DNA of 64,000 bases from Mobula birostris (Eukaryota). The translations under genes and the position numbers were made by a program. The notes under the pieces were generated by a model. That model was not told where the DNA came from. It made no database searches and saw only the letters and a program-made list of their open reading frames with translations. Location: assembly GCF_030028105.1 (NCBI RefSeq), contig NC_092374.1, positions 58,723,016-58,787,015 on the forward strand, read 5' to 3'. Below are positions 51,403-63,375 of the stretch, piece by piece. Position 1 is the first letter of the stretch; the number at the start of each line of letters is the position of its first letter.

Positions 51403-52039
51403 TTCTGGTGTATTGTTATAATTTAGGAATTTTGACACATTAAGTTCCCTCAAACGGCAGTGACCCAAGAGTTGGTCAGTTTTGCTGGTATTTCCATAAA
51501 GAAATGTGGATATTTCTTAGCATAAGTACCAGCAGATTTCAGGATTCTGATGTCAATTCAAGTGCCAATATTTTTGGTTTGAACATCACTGGCTAGTTCC
51601 TGGTTCTGCTTCTCACATGGCATCCAATGACCAAGCAGGAACTTGCCGAGATTCCCAGAAATATCGATGGAATACAGTGTTACCTGCTTTTATTGCCCAT
51701 TCCTAATATCCTACCTGAAATTTATAATCTCTGACAGTGCTGCTCTCCTTCAATACCACATTGCACAATCAATGTAGATTACATGCTCAAGTTTCTGTTA
51801 AGAAACTTGAACCAACTAATATTAACTCAAACTCAAGGAAGCTACCTACTGAGTTGCTGTGACTCATACTATAGAAACTGTGATTCAATCCCAGCTACAA
51901 CCCTCTGTTTTGAATTAAATGTATGATTTGTCTGAAAATCTGACAGCTATTTGATAACACATTGTCTGGCAGTTATCTAGAATAGTAACCTTTGAGCTTT
52001 GCTGCATTTCGAAACCAGTCTTCAACTGACAGCACCTTT

Positions 52040-52260
52040 CACCAGACCTGCTGCCTCACAATACCAAAGACTGGGTTCAATTCTGACTTTGGATACGGTG
52101 TATATTGAGTTTGTACGTGAATTTCCTCCATCCTCCTCCCACATTTCAAGATGCATGTGTTGGGAGATTAATTGACCATTATAATTCCCCTCAGTTTGTA
52201 GGTGTGGTTGAATGTGGAAGGAGATCTGTGAATAATATGGAGTTGTTTTTGAACTCATGT
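52040..52260 (+). mobile_element. tRNA-derived SINE, V-SINE/HE1-like
   Basis: CTGCTGCCTCACA...GGGTTCAATTC B box, followed by V-domain-like GAGTTTGTACG...TCCTCCCACA. Confidence 0.55.
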
Positions 52261-55200
52261 AAATTCAATGTTGATGATTCCAATATTTGTATTTTATTCT
52301 AGATTTTCAGCATCTACAGTGTTTAGCTTTTGAATGAATAAACCTCTTCTTTGAATGTTTGAGTATTAACAGTGGATGAAGTTTGATCAACAGTTCCCAG
52401 AGTTCCAGGTGCATGAAAAATTGTCTTTTTAGACATTAATCTGAGACCTGTTTGGCTCTTCTGAGGAAGAACAATGTCCTGGATATTTTCCCCCCTGCCT
52501 TGTCATTTGAGTCATGCAAGGAGTACAGCTAGGAAATCATCGTAATTAGTGTCACTATCGGCAGACCATGTGGACACTAGTCAAGTTTTGCAGGATCTTT
52601 CAAATTTTCAGCTGAGTTCAGTACATGGATTGAATGATCTTTCACTATGATAGCTGTAGATCTTTCCTTAGTGATAGAGGTTGTGGGCTTGGGAGGTAGT
52701 GTTGAGTAATCTCTGCGACATTCTTTGCAAGATATTTCCAAGAAGGATTGTGAATGGTTTTAGTTTCTTTCTGAAAGTCTGCAAACATGGAATAAAATCT
52801 GTTCTTTCAGGAGTTTACCTGGTTTCCAGGATTTTGACCATTCTTCAAGTATTGTAGCAGCTTCAGCAGTGCTGGGTATTGTGGGGTAAGCATATGCAGC
52901 ACTTGCCCATGAAATTATATCAAGCTGTGACTTGAACACCTTGATGCTTTAAACCTCGGGACTTCCATATGGAGTTCAGATGAATGAGATCAATTTCAAT
53001 AAAATCTGAATTCAAAGAGAACTTCGGAGCTTAAATAGGGTGAAGGCTGAGTCCAGCATTTGGGCTTATGGTGCATATAATGGATCAGCCATAGCAGACT
53101 ATTAAATTGACGATAACACTGAATCTTTAAATCACCCCAAGGTGTGATAGACAGGCTTCATAGATGCTTTGAGGGATCTGAGATTTTTCTCCTCAGACAG
53201 TAAATATCTTGGACGGCTACTGTTCTCAGTTATGTTTCTCTGCAATAATACACGTTTAGGGCACTAAGATGGGGTTTGTAAATTGATACAGAATTTACAA
53301 GCGGCAATGTAAAAATGTAAAGGAAATTACTAAAGAAACAATGTAACTAAAAACTGGTGAATTCTGACAATCATGCACTTTCTCTTGCCCATAAAATTAC
53401 AATCTTACTTCTAGCTGCTCTCTGGAACTTTGACAAATTAGTTTGTAACATTAACACATTTTTAACAGCAGGAAATTGTAATGTTACTTAATGACAGAAA
53501 ATACAATATCTGGAATTCTTCAGAAATCTTAGAATTATCTAGACATGATGTCAGTTATAATATAGGATATCCAATCAGGTCAGATTTGCCTTGAGTAACT
53601 GAAAAACTGTGTTACACTCACTGTTGAGAAAAACTTTAGCTCTTTTTAATTAAAGCTATCACAATGGAGCTGAAAGCATATTTTTATACTGCATTATTTC
53701 TCACAAGTTGTTTAATGTATCTATCTTGTTCAAAGACTTAACTAAGTGTGGTATTATTCAGCTGAATATGCTGTCTCAAACTGCATTCATCAATCCTGGA
53801 GAGTAACTCTGATACAGGGTTTAGCTGATTTCATAGCTGTGTATATTATTATTATCTATGTAATCAAGTCTTATTCAGAGATATTTATTTGACTTAGCCC
53901 ACATATAACTTGGAAGTCAATTATCCCTGAAACCCAGGCTCGTCTAACCGTTGTCTAGTTATGTTCATGTAAGTTTAGTCAACTATCCTTGATCAAAGCC
54001 CACTATTGGTACTGGTATCATTGCTTTTGTGGGTTTTTATTTAGCTAAATATCTTCAAGGTTTTGATTAGTCAGTTTCCCTTAAACAATTATTACAAAGT
54101 TTCCCTGATGATGTGATTGCTTGCATTCTTAACTCTGTTTTTTGCTTATGGTTCATGATTTGTTTAACCATCATTGTCCATGAATTATCAAGTTTTAAAA
54201 TTCCTTCACAGTGTGGTATATGGATTCCTATATTTCAAAGTACAGCTGTTTCTCACAGTCAGCTGGGAGCTAGTTATAGTAGGTTGTTTGTGGAATATAT
54301 ATTGGCCAAAACTCCCTTGTCCTTGATTTATTGTCACAGAGCCTCATTTTAATATCTCATCAAAAAGGCAATACACGTTCCTTCAGTACCGCACTAGCAT
54401 CAGCCTGAATGATTATACTCAAGTTTCTGAAGATAAGACTTCAATCATCAATTGAATGTCAACACTAAGGCTTTCTATGTATCACGTTATTAAATCTGGG
54501 AGCTCATTCAGATCTAAAGTGGAAGTCAGATGCTGTGTTTAGAAATGTCTGTACTTCAAACCACTTTACTGACTGCATGGCATTTTGTTTCTTCCCCAAA
54601 AAGAGTACAGAAAGTCCACGTAAGCCTTATCCCACCCTTCTGCTCAGTGTCAACAAATTCCTGTATTTCACTGCAGCAGGCTCAGTGGTTGAATGGCTTA
54701 ATTCTGCTCCTATATCTTCTAATCTTTCTCTTTCAGGATGATCCAGCTGACCCTAAAACACACTTCCACTGTTTGTCTCAGTGTTACATATTCAGCACCC
54801 TGCAGCGAAGACACTTATCTTAAATTTACTAGTGACTCTTATATTCGTAAATCTTTAGCTCTGGACATAATGTCTTTTCAATTCACAGATGCTGACCAAT
54901 CTATGTCATCACACCTTTTACCTTTTTTCACCCCTCTAAACAAGCATTGGGTGAAAGTTTTCTTCTGCAACTGCCACAAGCACACCACATCCTTTTTTTG
55001 GCTATTGCGGTTCCCATCAGCTTGCACTGACAACCAGCAGCCACTTCCTACTACCAAGCGTAACTTTCCTTTTTTAACTGGGACTCTCCCATGCCCTGCC
55101 ACACTACTTTATTGTGTTTGTCAAAAATAACACTGGATTTCATTTATATGGTATCTGTAAGCAAAGCAAACTTGTGATTTTCCACACAGTAATTATTTGG

Positions 55201-55305
55201 CAGAGTTTCTCATCAGACCTCTGAAGGAGATGTTAGGACAAGTGACCAGAAGGTTAGTCAAAGGCTAAGTGAAGTCAGAGCCTTGATGCTGAAAATGTTG
55301 CCCAG

Positions 55306-55498
55306 GTTTGTCATTCCTCCCTGTGCCTTGGGGTGCATTGGGCAGCAACCCTGCCATTCCTTTAGCATTTGTCTGTTTGTTACGAGTCCGAGTTGCTAGC
55401 TCGAGGCTCAACTCAGCACGGATGGAAAGCATGCAAGGTGCTGGCCAGGACCACTCGCCTCGAAGCCCAGTGCAGATGCCACTACACTACCAGCCAGC
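55306..55498 (-). mobile_element. tRNA-headed SINE sharing its head with the 32157 family but with a different body
   Basis: Minus strand begins TGGCTGGTAGTGTAGTGGCATCTGCACTGGGCTTCGAGGCGAGTGGTCCTG. Confidence 0.65.
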
Positions 55499-56539
55499 AA
55501 TACTTAGGTTTGGGAGTTGGTTAGGTTATCATGCAATTGGAGGGCTTTGCAGAGATAATATTCGTATTACTTCCCCAGTTCTTGGTGCCTAATGTAGGTT
55601 CTCCTTGTCTCTGAATCACACAACAGGATGGGTACTACTGCTGTTCAGTAGACCATGAATTGATGCAGTGTTTGAAGAACAAGATCACAATCCCTCATTT
55701 CTCCAGTCAGCCAAAGATCATGCTAGTGCAGTGTTGTCACTTTCATTGAGTAGTAGCTCCTGTGAGGTCAAAAGAAAGGTCATTTATATTCCTCCTTGAA
55801 ATTAATGCGTGGTGAAATTTATCTCCACTACCTCTAGATAGACAATTTCCAGATGTAATTCTTCAGCCAGTGTAAGGAGCTATTTGAGGAAAAGTTTTCC
55901 AGTGACTTTCCTTACTCACAGAGCATGTAAACAGGCACTACAGCCCAACTCAACCAAGATACCCATCTAACTTAGTCCCATAGCCTCCAAATCTTTTAAA
56001 TCCATATGCCTGTCTTTGTGACAGACTAGGGGAGAAACACCTCTATTATAATTCTGACATCAAGCTACCTTTTTTGCCAATGATCACCACAATGTCTATG
56101 TGATTCCAGGGTATGCTGTTCTGTTCCCAAGCTGGGGAAATGAGGAAATAAATTCAGGGCATAAGTACTTCCTCACCATTGTTATGTGCTGAAGATGGAA
56201 TTTCGTCCATTCCAGGGAACATGTTGTTTTTCAACTATTAGATGGTCTTCATCCGAGAAGCTAAACAAGGCCTCGATCTAACGTTTTACCTGAAGAACAT
56301 TATCTTTGTCAGCAGTACAGCAAGATTCTCTCTGCATTGGGAACTCAACCCAAAAGTATTTTTCAGAGTACTGACCACTGGGCAGCTGATGAGGCACAAT
56401 TCTTTTTCTTGTAAGGTTTAATGGAGGTTTGCAGACCAAATAATGTGCATTACTGCCACCTCCTGAGTTGGAATGTGGAGCAAAAAGACGTGAAGTAAAC
56501 CCCCAACCCACAACTCAAATAATATCAAACTGTCTAATG

Positions 56540-57380
56540 CTTTTCAGAAAACTAACTACACATTTATATACATTACAACGGCAGTGATATCCCAACAAAC
56601 TTCACAAGTTGAATTGTGCCTGTCCCAAAGATCTCAATTTAGCAATTATGTTTCACTTTGCACTTCACTGGAACTGTATTCAAATAATACATGCTGCACT
56701 GTTTCTTGACAAGTGCACTCCCTACTAATGCCCAAATCACACGCTTTAATTCTGAGAAAGGAATTATTTAACCTAGTATATCCAATGCGTAAATGTGTAA
56801 GCATAACTTCTTCCTCCCTTTTATACCCATCTCCCAGTGGAGTTCCCACTATCCTCTGAATTTTAAATGCTGTCCTTTTTTTCTTTATCCAAACTTTGTT
56901 GCCACAGTGCTCAAAGAGACTTTTTAATTATGGCTTTCACCTCCCCTTTATCCAAAGTCACCACTACATTTATGTCCTTAATTTTAAGTGATTGCTTGGC
57001 TTAAATCCCTGCCTGCCTTCAACCCCAGCAAGAGCAGAGACCTGGCCCATAAGAAATGCATGCACCAGCAACCTCAACAGATGTTGTCCGATCTTAAGAC
57101 AAATGTCTGGCCTACAATTTGAAGTACCTGTTTTAATAGATGTCAAAACAGAGAACAAATCAGAGCACCAAAATAAATAATCAGGGTGTACTTCTTCAAC
57201 CCATTCCAAGGCTAAAATGATTGCAACCATCTCAGATGTGAGTACTGATACTTTGTCTGATCATCTTTTCCTAATAGTTGCCTGAAACTTTGAAACATAA
57301 ACAGAAACGCCTGAACAACCGGTCAGTGGATCTTTTGAACCGTAGGTGTAGATATGTATGAAGTGTTAAAAAGCCATAAT
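56540..57380 (-). mobile_element. RNase H-containing LINE 3' fragment (Nimb/I group)
   Basis: IYTYGSKDP, EMVAIILALEWVEE, CSDLFSVLTSI, AGVEG, REEEVMLTHLRIG, ETVQHVLF motifs. Confidence 0.75.
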
Positions 57381-57599
57381 TCTTGTTTTTTTTTCTTGAA
57401 GGCTTAAATCAACTGCAGGCAAAGTGGAAAACCATGGAGGAGCAACAGGAAGGGATACACGGGGCCATGTTCCACAATAAACAACCCAAGATGTTGTGCC
57501 CATTCATTTCCCATCCACCCAAAACGTATAAATGCAGTGCTCCCAACACTGTACCAGTGTTGCCAATATTGGAAAACCTGCTTTATGACCCCTTACGTT

Positions 57600-58134
57600 A
57601 ACCCAATACTGTAAATCATTGCGAACTGTGACCTGCGTTAAAGCACAATGACGTCAAACTCCTTTGAAGTTTGGATTCTTTCATCCTTTCGCAAAAAGCA
57701 CTGAGGCGTTGGCCATACGTGGAGCATGCCATTCTGCACACAGAAGGGAGGCGGGGAAGGGAGTGTCACAAATAGGCTATTTGTAAAACAGTCGAACGCA
57801 ACACACGGTGTACAGCTCTTGATGAACTAATTTCAAGTACTGCAACTATAGATGTCGAGCCCTGCGCTCGAAGTAGTGTATGTAATGAGTTCGCTCTTTC
57901 TTTGCCGTTCCCACCCGCCCCAAGTCGCAGTGTCCAATCCCGAAGGTTTAATAAGAATGTTGCAACCAGCATTGTTGCGAGTTTCAGGGAAACTCATTCA
58001 GAGCTGGAAAGTGATTGGGATAACTTCACCCAGCTATTAGCTACCTCTTTGTAGTGAAGAAATTCGTTTCTGCAGACCCCAACTCGCATTGATGTGAAAA
58101 GATATTTCCCCCCACTGTCGCTTCAACAGGAAAA
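57600..58134 (+). promoter_or_regulatory. CpG-rich promoter / 5' leader of the downstream gene (probably TJP2)
   Basis: CpG enrichment in non-repeat DNA. Perfect CRE TGACGTCA at 57649-57656, GC boxes at 57748-57756 and 57914-57921, CCAAT at 57934-57938. Confidence 0.6.
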
Positions 58135-58155
58135 ATGCCCGTCAGAAGAGGAGAG
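58135..58155 (+). CDS. TJP2: Candidate first coding exon of tight junction protein 2 / ZO-2 (MPVRRGE)
   Basis: AAAATGCCCGTCAGAAGAGGAGAG|GTGATT, phase 0. MPVR matches the recalled vertebrate ZO-2A N-terminus, and TJP2 is the usual same-strand neighbour downstream of FXN. Only 7 codons; no PDZ exon seen in the window. Confidence 0.5.
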
Positions 58156-59224
58156 GTGATTGTAATCGCATCTTGTTTTGTAACTGAATTTCTTCCGACC
58201 TTTTGTTTCTCTGAACCCTCCTCCTCCCACTACAGTACAATCTTAACTTTTTTTAAAACCCGCCCGCATTTTTCTTAAAGTTAAAAATCTAGCTGTAACT
58301 TTATTTTAGTTGCGGTAAAAGTATTCTTAAGATAATGTAACTGAAATAGTAATAAGATTTGCGCAAACGGGTACAATTTACGTACAGGGAACTGCCATGT
58401 AAACAAGACCGAACGAAACCAAAGTGATCATAGAACCGTTCAGCGTTGAAACATGCCCACCAGCCCACCATTTCCATGGTGACCATAACTGACGTAGAGT
58501 TGACAGAGTTCTGTAAAGAGAGATTGGGGTAAATCGAGTGTTTTTATTTGAGGGGCAAGACGATATAATGGGCAGAAGGTCCTTTTCTGTAAGACTGGGT
58601 TTACCAAATGATTGAGATACTGCAAGGCTAAGGCATGATGACATGTAATGCTGTAACAGTTCCCAAGCAGAGTTCTGGCTCTCAGATGGTCATTTCATCC
58701 AGTGTTTATTGATGTAAATGTTTAAAGCGTTGTTGTGTATACTGTGCACATTTAATCTTTATAAAAATTTTTTAAAAAAAGTGGGAAGATACGGAACTGA
58801 TACGGAGATTGAAACAGTTAATATTTTTCTGTCCCTGACCTTCCATCTATGTTTAACAGTGGAGTGCTCAGGACGCTATTGTCTGGCTTCTTTTAAAGAA
58901 GCAATGACTAATTCTACGCTGAAAGGGTGGCTGACCTGATGGTGAGATCAGATGGAAATGTTTTACCTAGTAATTGTATTACCCTGTTTTCCTAATCTAA
59001 TATCTTGAAAATGGAAAACGTCTGCAGTTTACATCATAATAGAAACTCTTTGCATATATAAATAGTAAACGTTCAGTTACAAATGCCACAAACTGAAAGA
59101 CATCTGGCTCTGCCACCAGGCATCCATGTTACAAAGGTGGTCAACACAATCTTTATTTTGTTTGGGAAATGAAATCATGAGTATTGAAGGTAAGTTTATA
59201 TATTTTCATCTTAAATCCTCAAAA

Positions 59225-59673
59225 AGTTTTTGTCTGAATTTTAATTTCTCCAACTTCTGACATTTCTCTCCCCCCCCCCACCCCTCGCCCCTCCCCCCCC
59301 TTTTTCATTCTTCATTCTGTTTACCCTCTTACCTTTTCATCTCCTCACCTGCCCATCACCTCCCTTTGGTTGCCCTCTCCTATTGGATTCCTCCTCTTTC
59401 AATTCTTTACTTCCACGTATCCTCTCCCAACTTTTTACTTCATCCCCCTCACCTGGTGTCCTTTATCACCTACCAGCTTTTACTCCTTCCCCTCCCCCCC
59501 TCACCTTCTTATTCTGGCTTCTGCCCCCTCGCTTTCCAGTCCTGATGAAGGGTCTTGGCCTAATACGTTGACTGTCTATTCCCCATCATAGATGCTGCCC
59601 GACTTGTTGAGTTCCGCCAGCATTTCGTGTGAGTTGCTTAACAATTCCAGCATCTACCAAATCTCTTGTGTTT
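59225..59673 (+). mobile_element. PLE 3' terminal fragment with mutated hammerhead (59537-59574)
   Basis: Pyrimidine-rich tract, then CAGTC-CTGATGA-A-GGGT-CTTG-GCCT-AATAC-GTT-GACTG and the family tail. Confidence 0.75.
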
Positions 59674-59915
59674 ATTAACCACTGGCTATTGGGATTGCAT
59701 GTAAGTTGCTGCTGCAGTCACTACTCATACCAGTATCATGTTGAGGCAGCTATTTTGAGTCAACCCAATATGGTTAAATTTACAAAAGAAATGTAGACGT
59801 TTTGTAAAATGTTGTTATACAAGGCCATTGCAGCAGATATTAGTTGTAATTAGCAGTAATAGAAGCATTTAATTCTGCAAGATTTTTTCACAAAATTAAA
59901 TATCCTATTAAAATA

Positions 59916-60599
59916 CAGTCAGCCCTCCGTATCTGTGGATTCCACATCCGTGGATTCAACCAACTGGGGATGGGGAAAACCTGGAAGTTCTCTCTCCAGC
60001 ACTTGTTGTTTGAGCATTGTTTGCCTCGCATCTCGTTCGGGTTATATGGGAAAAATTTTTGAGCATTCCCAGATCCAAAAAAAAACCTACCAAATAACAC
60101 ATAAAACCTAAAATAACACTAACATATAGTAAAAGCAGGAATGATATTCTACTAGCAGAATCAATACCGTAGTAACATTCGGCAGCTTTCAAGATTCTTT
60201 CTCTCTGCGTGTAAATACATAATACGAATGGTGGACGCAGGCAAGTTCAACGCACGCGCAATGTCTTTATTTCGTTCACCACGATTGAAACGCTTAATTA
60301 CGTCCAGTTTTATGCTAAGTGTAACACCCTTACGAGCTCTCTTAGGCTTCTCTAATACCTTAGGACACATCTTGCTAATGGATACACAAAATAAATCGAG
60401 ATAAAGCAATCTCGCTGCTCGGGGTGCACGCTGCCTCTATAACAGCTCGCTGCAAAACAAATGCTGAATGCTAGTTTCGCTTTTCATAACACCCTTACGA
60501 GCTCTCTTAGGCTTTTATATAAGGGACTTAGCATCTGCGAATCTTGGTATCCGCGGGGGGTCCCGGAACCAATCCCCCACGGATACGGAGGGCCGACTG
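59916..60599 (-). mobile_element. Tigger/pogo (MER2-like) internally deleted DNA transposon
   Basis: TA-CAGTCAGCCCTCCGTATC ... GATACGGAGGGCCGACTG-TA TIRs. Minus-strand CENP-B/psq-type HTH KRARKGVTLSIKLDVIKRFNRGERNKDIARALNLPASTIR. Confidence 0.9.
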
Positions 60600-60904
60600 T
60601 ACACACATGCAACTTTGACAATGTTTTAATTTGGCCATCCAAGCATTTGTAGTTACGTACAGCAGAAACTTTTTTTTGATCGCACCACATTTATCTTGTC
60701 CGTGTGCATTTAGTGATGTGGAGGCCTTGCACTGTAAAGTCCGCTCCCTTCAACGTCCCATTCCCATTTGGCATAGGTTTCCCCTCTTGTGAGTACACTG
60801 AATTTCACTGTCAAGAAGTATATGATATGTGCTTGTTGGCAGTGCCTACTGGTAGCATGTTGAAGCTAGTCAGATTGGTGGAGCAACGCTGCATAGCCTT
60901 TTGG

Positions 60905-61272
60905 TAACCATTCCCTCCTTCTGTTTTTCCTTATCCCTGTCACCCCACCACCCCTCCTCTTCCCCACCCTTGCCCTCACCATCTGTCTTCACCTTTCTTT
61001 TATTCCTTGGTCTATTCTGTCCTATCAGAATCCTCCCCCTTTAGTCCTTTGTCTCTCCCACGTATCATCTCCCAGCTTCTTGCATTATTCCCTTTCTTCA
61101 CTCCCACCCCTCCCTTCTGGCCTGGGTTAAACTATCTCTTGCCAGCTTATGCCTCTCCCCCTCTCCCTACCCTTTTATTCTTCCTTTCTAGTCTTGATGA
61201 GTGGTGTTGACTGGAAACGTTGCAAGCTTTTGGACCTGTTGAGTTCCTCTATCATTGTGTGTGTGTGTTGAT
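60905..61272 (+). mobile_element. Old PLE 3' terminal fragment with decayed hammerhead
   Basis: Pyrimidine-rich tract, then TAGTCTTGATGA...GAAACGTT and the family tail remnant. Confidence 0.55.
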
Positions 61273-62389
61273 ACTGGAGAATAATTCCCATTCTGGAAGA
61301 TCAGCAGCTTTCAGGAAGATAACAAGGCCTCTTGTGCTAAGTTGATGTACTCTGAGCTGCATTCAAATCCATCACCGTGCACCTGGAAGCAGATTGTGAG
61401 CAGAATCCTCAAGCCACTGCTGATGAACTGGATCAAATATCGCTGCCCATATTTCTCATGCAGTGGGGCATTTCAGCAAGGGAAGGTTGAGATTGTGGCC
61501 TTGTAGCACAAGGGTTTTCAAGCTGGGGTCCACGGACCCCCTTGTTCAAAGGTATTGGTCCATGGCAAAAAAAAAGGTTGGGAACCTCTGCTGTAGCAGC
61601 TGGAGAACAGCTTGCTGTGGTGCAGAGGTTCTGGGTGTTTTGTACAAATGCACAGAGTGAGATCTTTCTTGCCACCATCCTGGCCACATCATTGTACCTG
61701 TAAAACCAACCAAGAGGGTGATCGTTGAGTTTGAACTGCCCATTCAAAAGCTCTCTCTTTGGACTATTATGTACTGTTCAGGCCAAGATATTCTGGTAGT
61801 GAAATAGATTGTTTATTGGCATTCCTCAGTACTTGCGTGTAAAGCAGAACAAAATCATTGTTACTGGGGATCCTATGCAGCCTAAAAAGCATTATAAATA
61901 TAAAGGCAATCCTATAAAACACAATGTACATGTAGCTGTTGTATCCAAGACTATCTGTATGTCATAAAGTGACATTAGGTGATTGTGTGTGTAATGGTGA
62001 TAGGGAAGATAAAGAAACAGTAAAAATGTATTTGAATTAGATTAAAACTTCTATTGCAAAGAGCCTAAAAATTGGAAAATTTGCAGACTGGTAAATCTTT
62101 AAAATAGCTCTAATCTTTGCATTGGTGAATACTGAGGAATCATTTTCAATGGTCGATACAATGACTTGGATAAATATCAAGGGAAGTTTTAAAATGCTGA
62201 TGTGAGGGATTATTGAATGAGTGGAGAATGCTATACCACAACTGGCAGTGGATATATTAATATTTTGTAATATTCTGTGTGTTGCTCTTGAAATACTAAT
62301 AATCTAGTTTATAAACAAGCACTTGAAACGAGTGGAGAATGTTGTTAAGATTTGTTTTCTGAACTAAAAGTAGTATGGTTGTATACGAT

Positions 62390-63370
62390 AAGGCTTGGGA
62401 TCCAGGGAAGTTTGGCCAGGTGGATTCAGAATTGGCTTGCCTGCAGAAAGCAGAGGGTCATGGTGGAGGGAGTACATTCAGATTGGAGGATTGTGACTAG
62501 TGGTGTCCCACAAGGATCGATTCTGGGACCTTTACTTTTCGTGATTTTTATTAACCACCTGGATGTGGGGGTAAATGGGTGGGTTGACAAGTTTGCAAAT
62601 GACACAAAGGTTGGTGGTGTTGTGGATCGTGTAGAGGATTGTCAAAGATTGCAGCGAGACACTGATAGGATGCAGAAGTGGGCTGAGAAGTGGCAGATGG
62701 AGTTCAACCCGGGGAAGTGTGAGGTGGTACACTTTGGAAGGACAAACTCCAAGGCAGAGTACAAAGTAAATGGCAGGATACTTGGTAGTGTGGAGGAGCA
62801 GAGGGATCTCGGGGGTACATGTCCACAGATCCCTGAAAGTTGCCTCACAGGTAGATAGGGTAGTTAAGAAAGCTTATGGGGTGTTAGCTTTCATAAATTG
62901 AGGGATAGATTTTAAGAGTCGCGAGGTAATGATGCAGCTCTATAAAACTCTGGTTAGGCCATACTTGGAGTACTGTGTCTAGTTCTGGTTGCCTGACTAT
63001 AGGAAGGATGTGGAAGCATTGGAAAGGGTACAGAGGAGATTTACCAGGATGCTGCCTGGTTTAGAGAGTATGGATTATGATCAGAGATTAAGGGAGCTAG
63101 GGCTTTACTCTTTGGAGAGAAGGAGGATGAGAGGAGACATGATAGAGGTATACAAGATATTAAGAGGAATAAATAGAGTGGATAGCCAGCGCCTCTTCCC
63201 CAGGGCACCACTGCTCAATACAAGAGGACATGGCTTTAAGGTAAGGGGTGGGAAGTTCAAGGGGGATATTGGAGGAAGGTTTTTTTACTCAGAGAGTGGT
63301 TGGTGTGTGAAATGCACTGCCTGAGTCAGTGGTGGAGGCAGATACACTAGTGAAATTTAAGAGACTACTT
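62390..63370 (+). mobile_element. 5'-truncated CR1 LINE RT region, cut off by an LTR
   Basis: GVPQGSILGPLLF, KFANDTK, WQMEFNPGKC, ERVQRRFTRMLPGL. Confidence 0.9.
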
Positions 63371-63375
63371 CTCTG

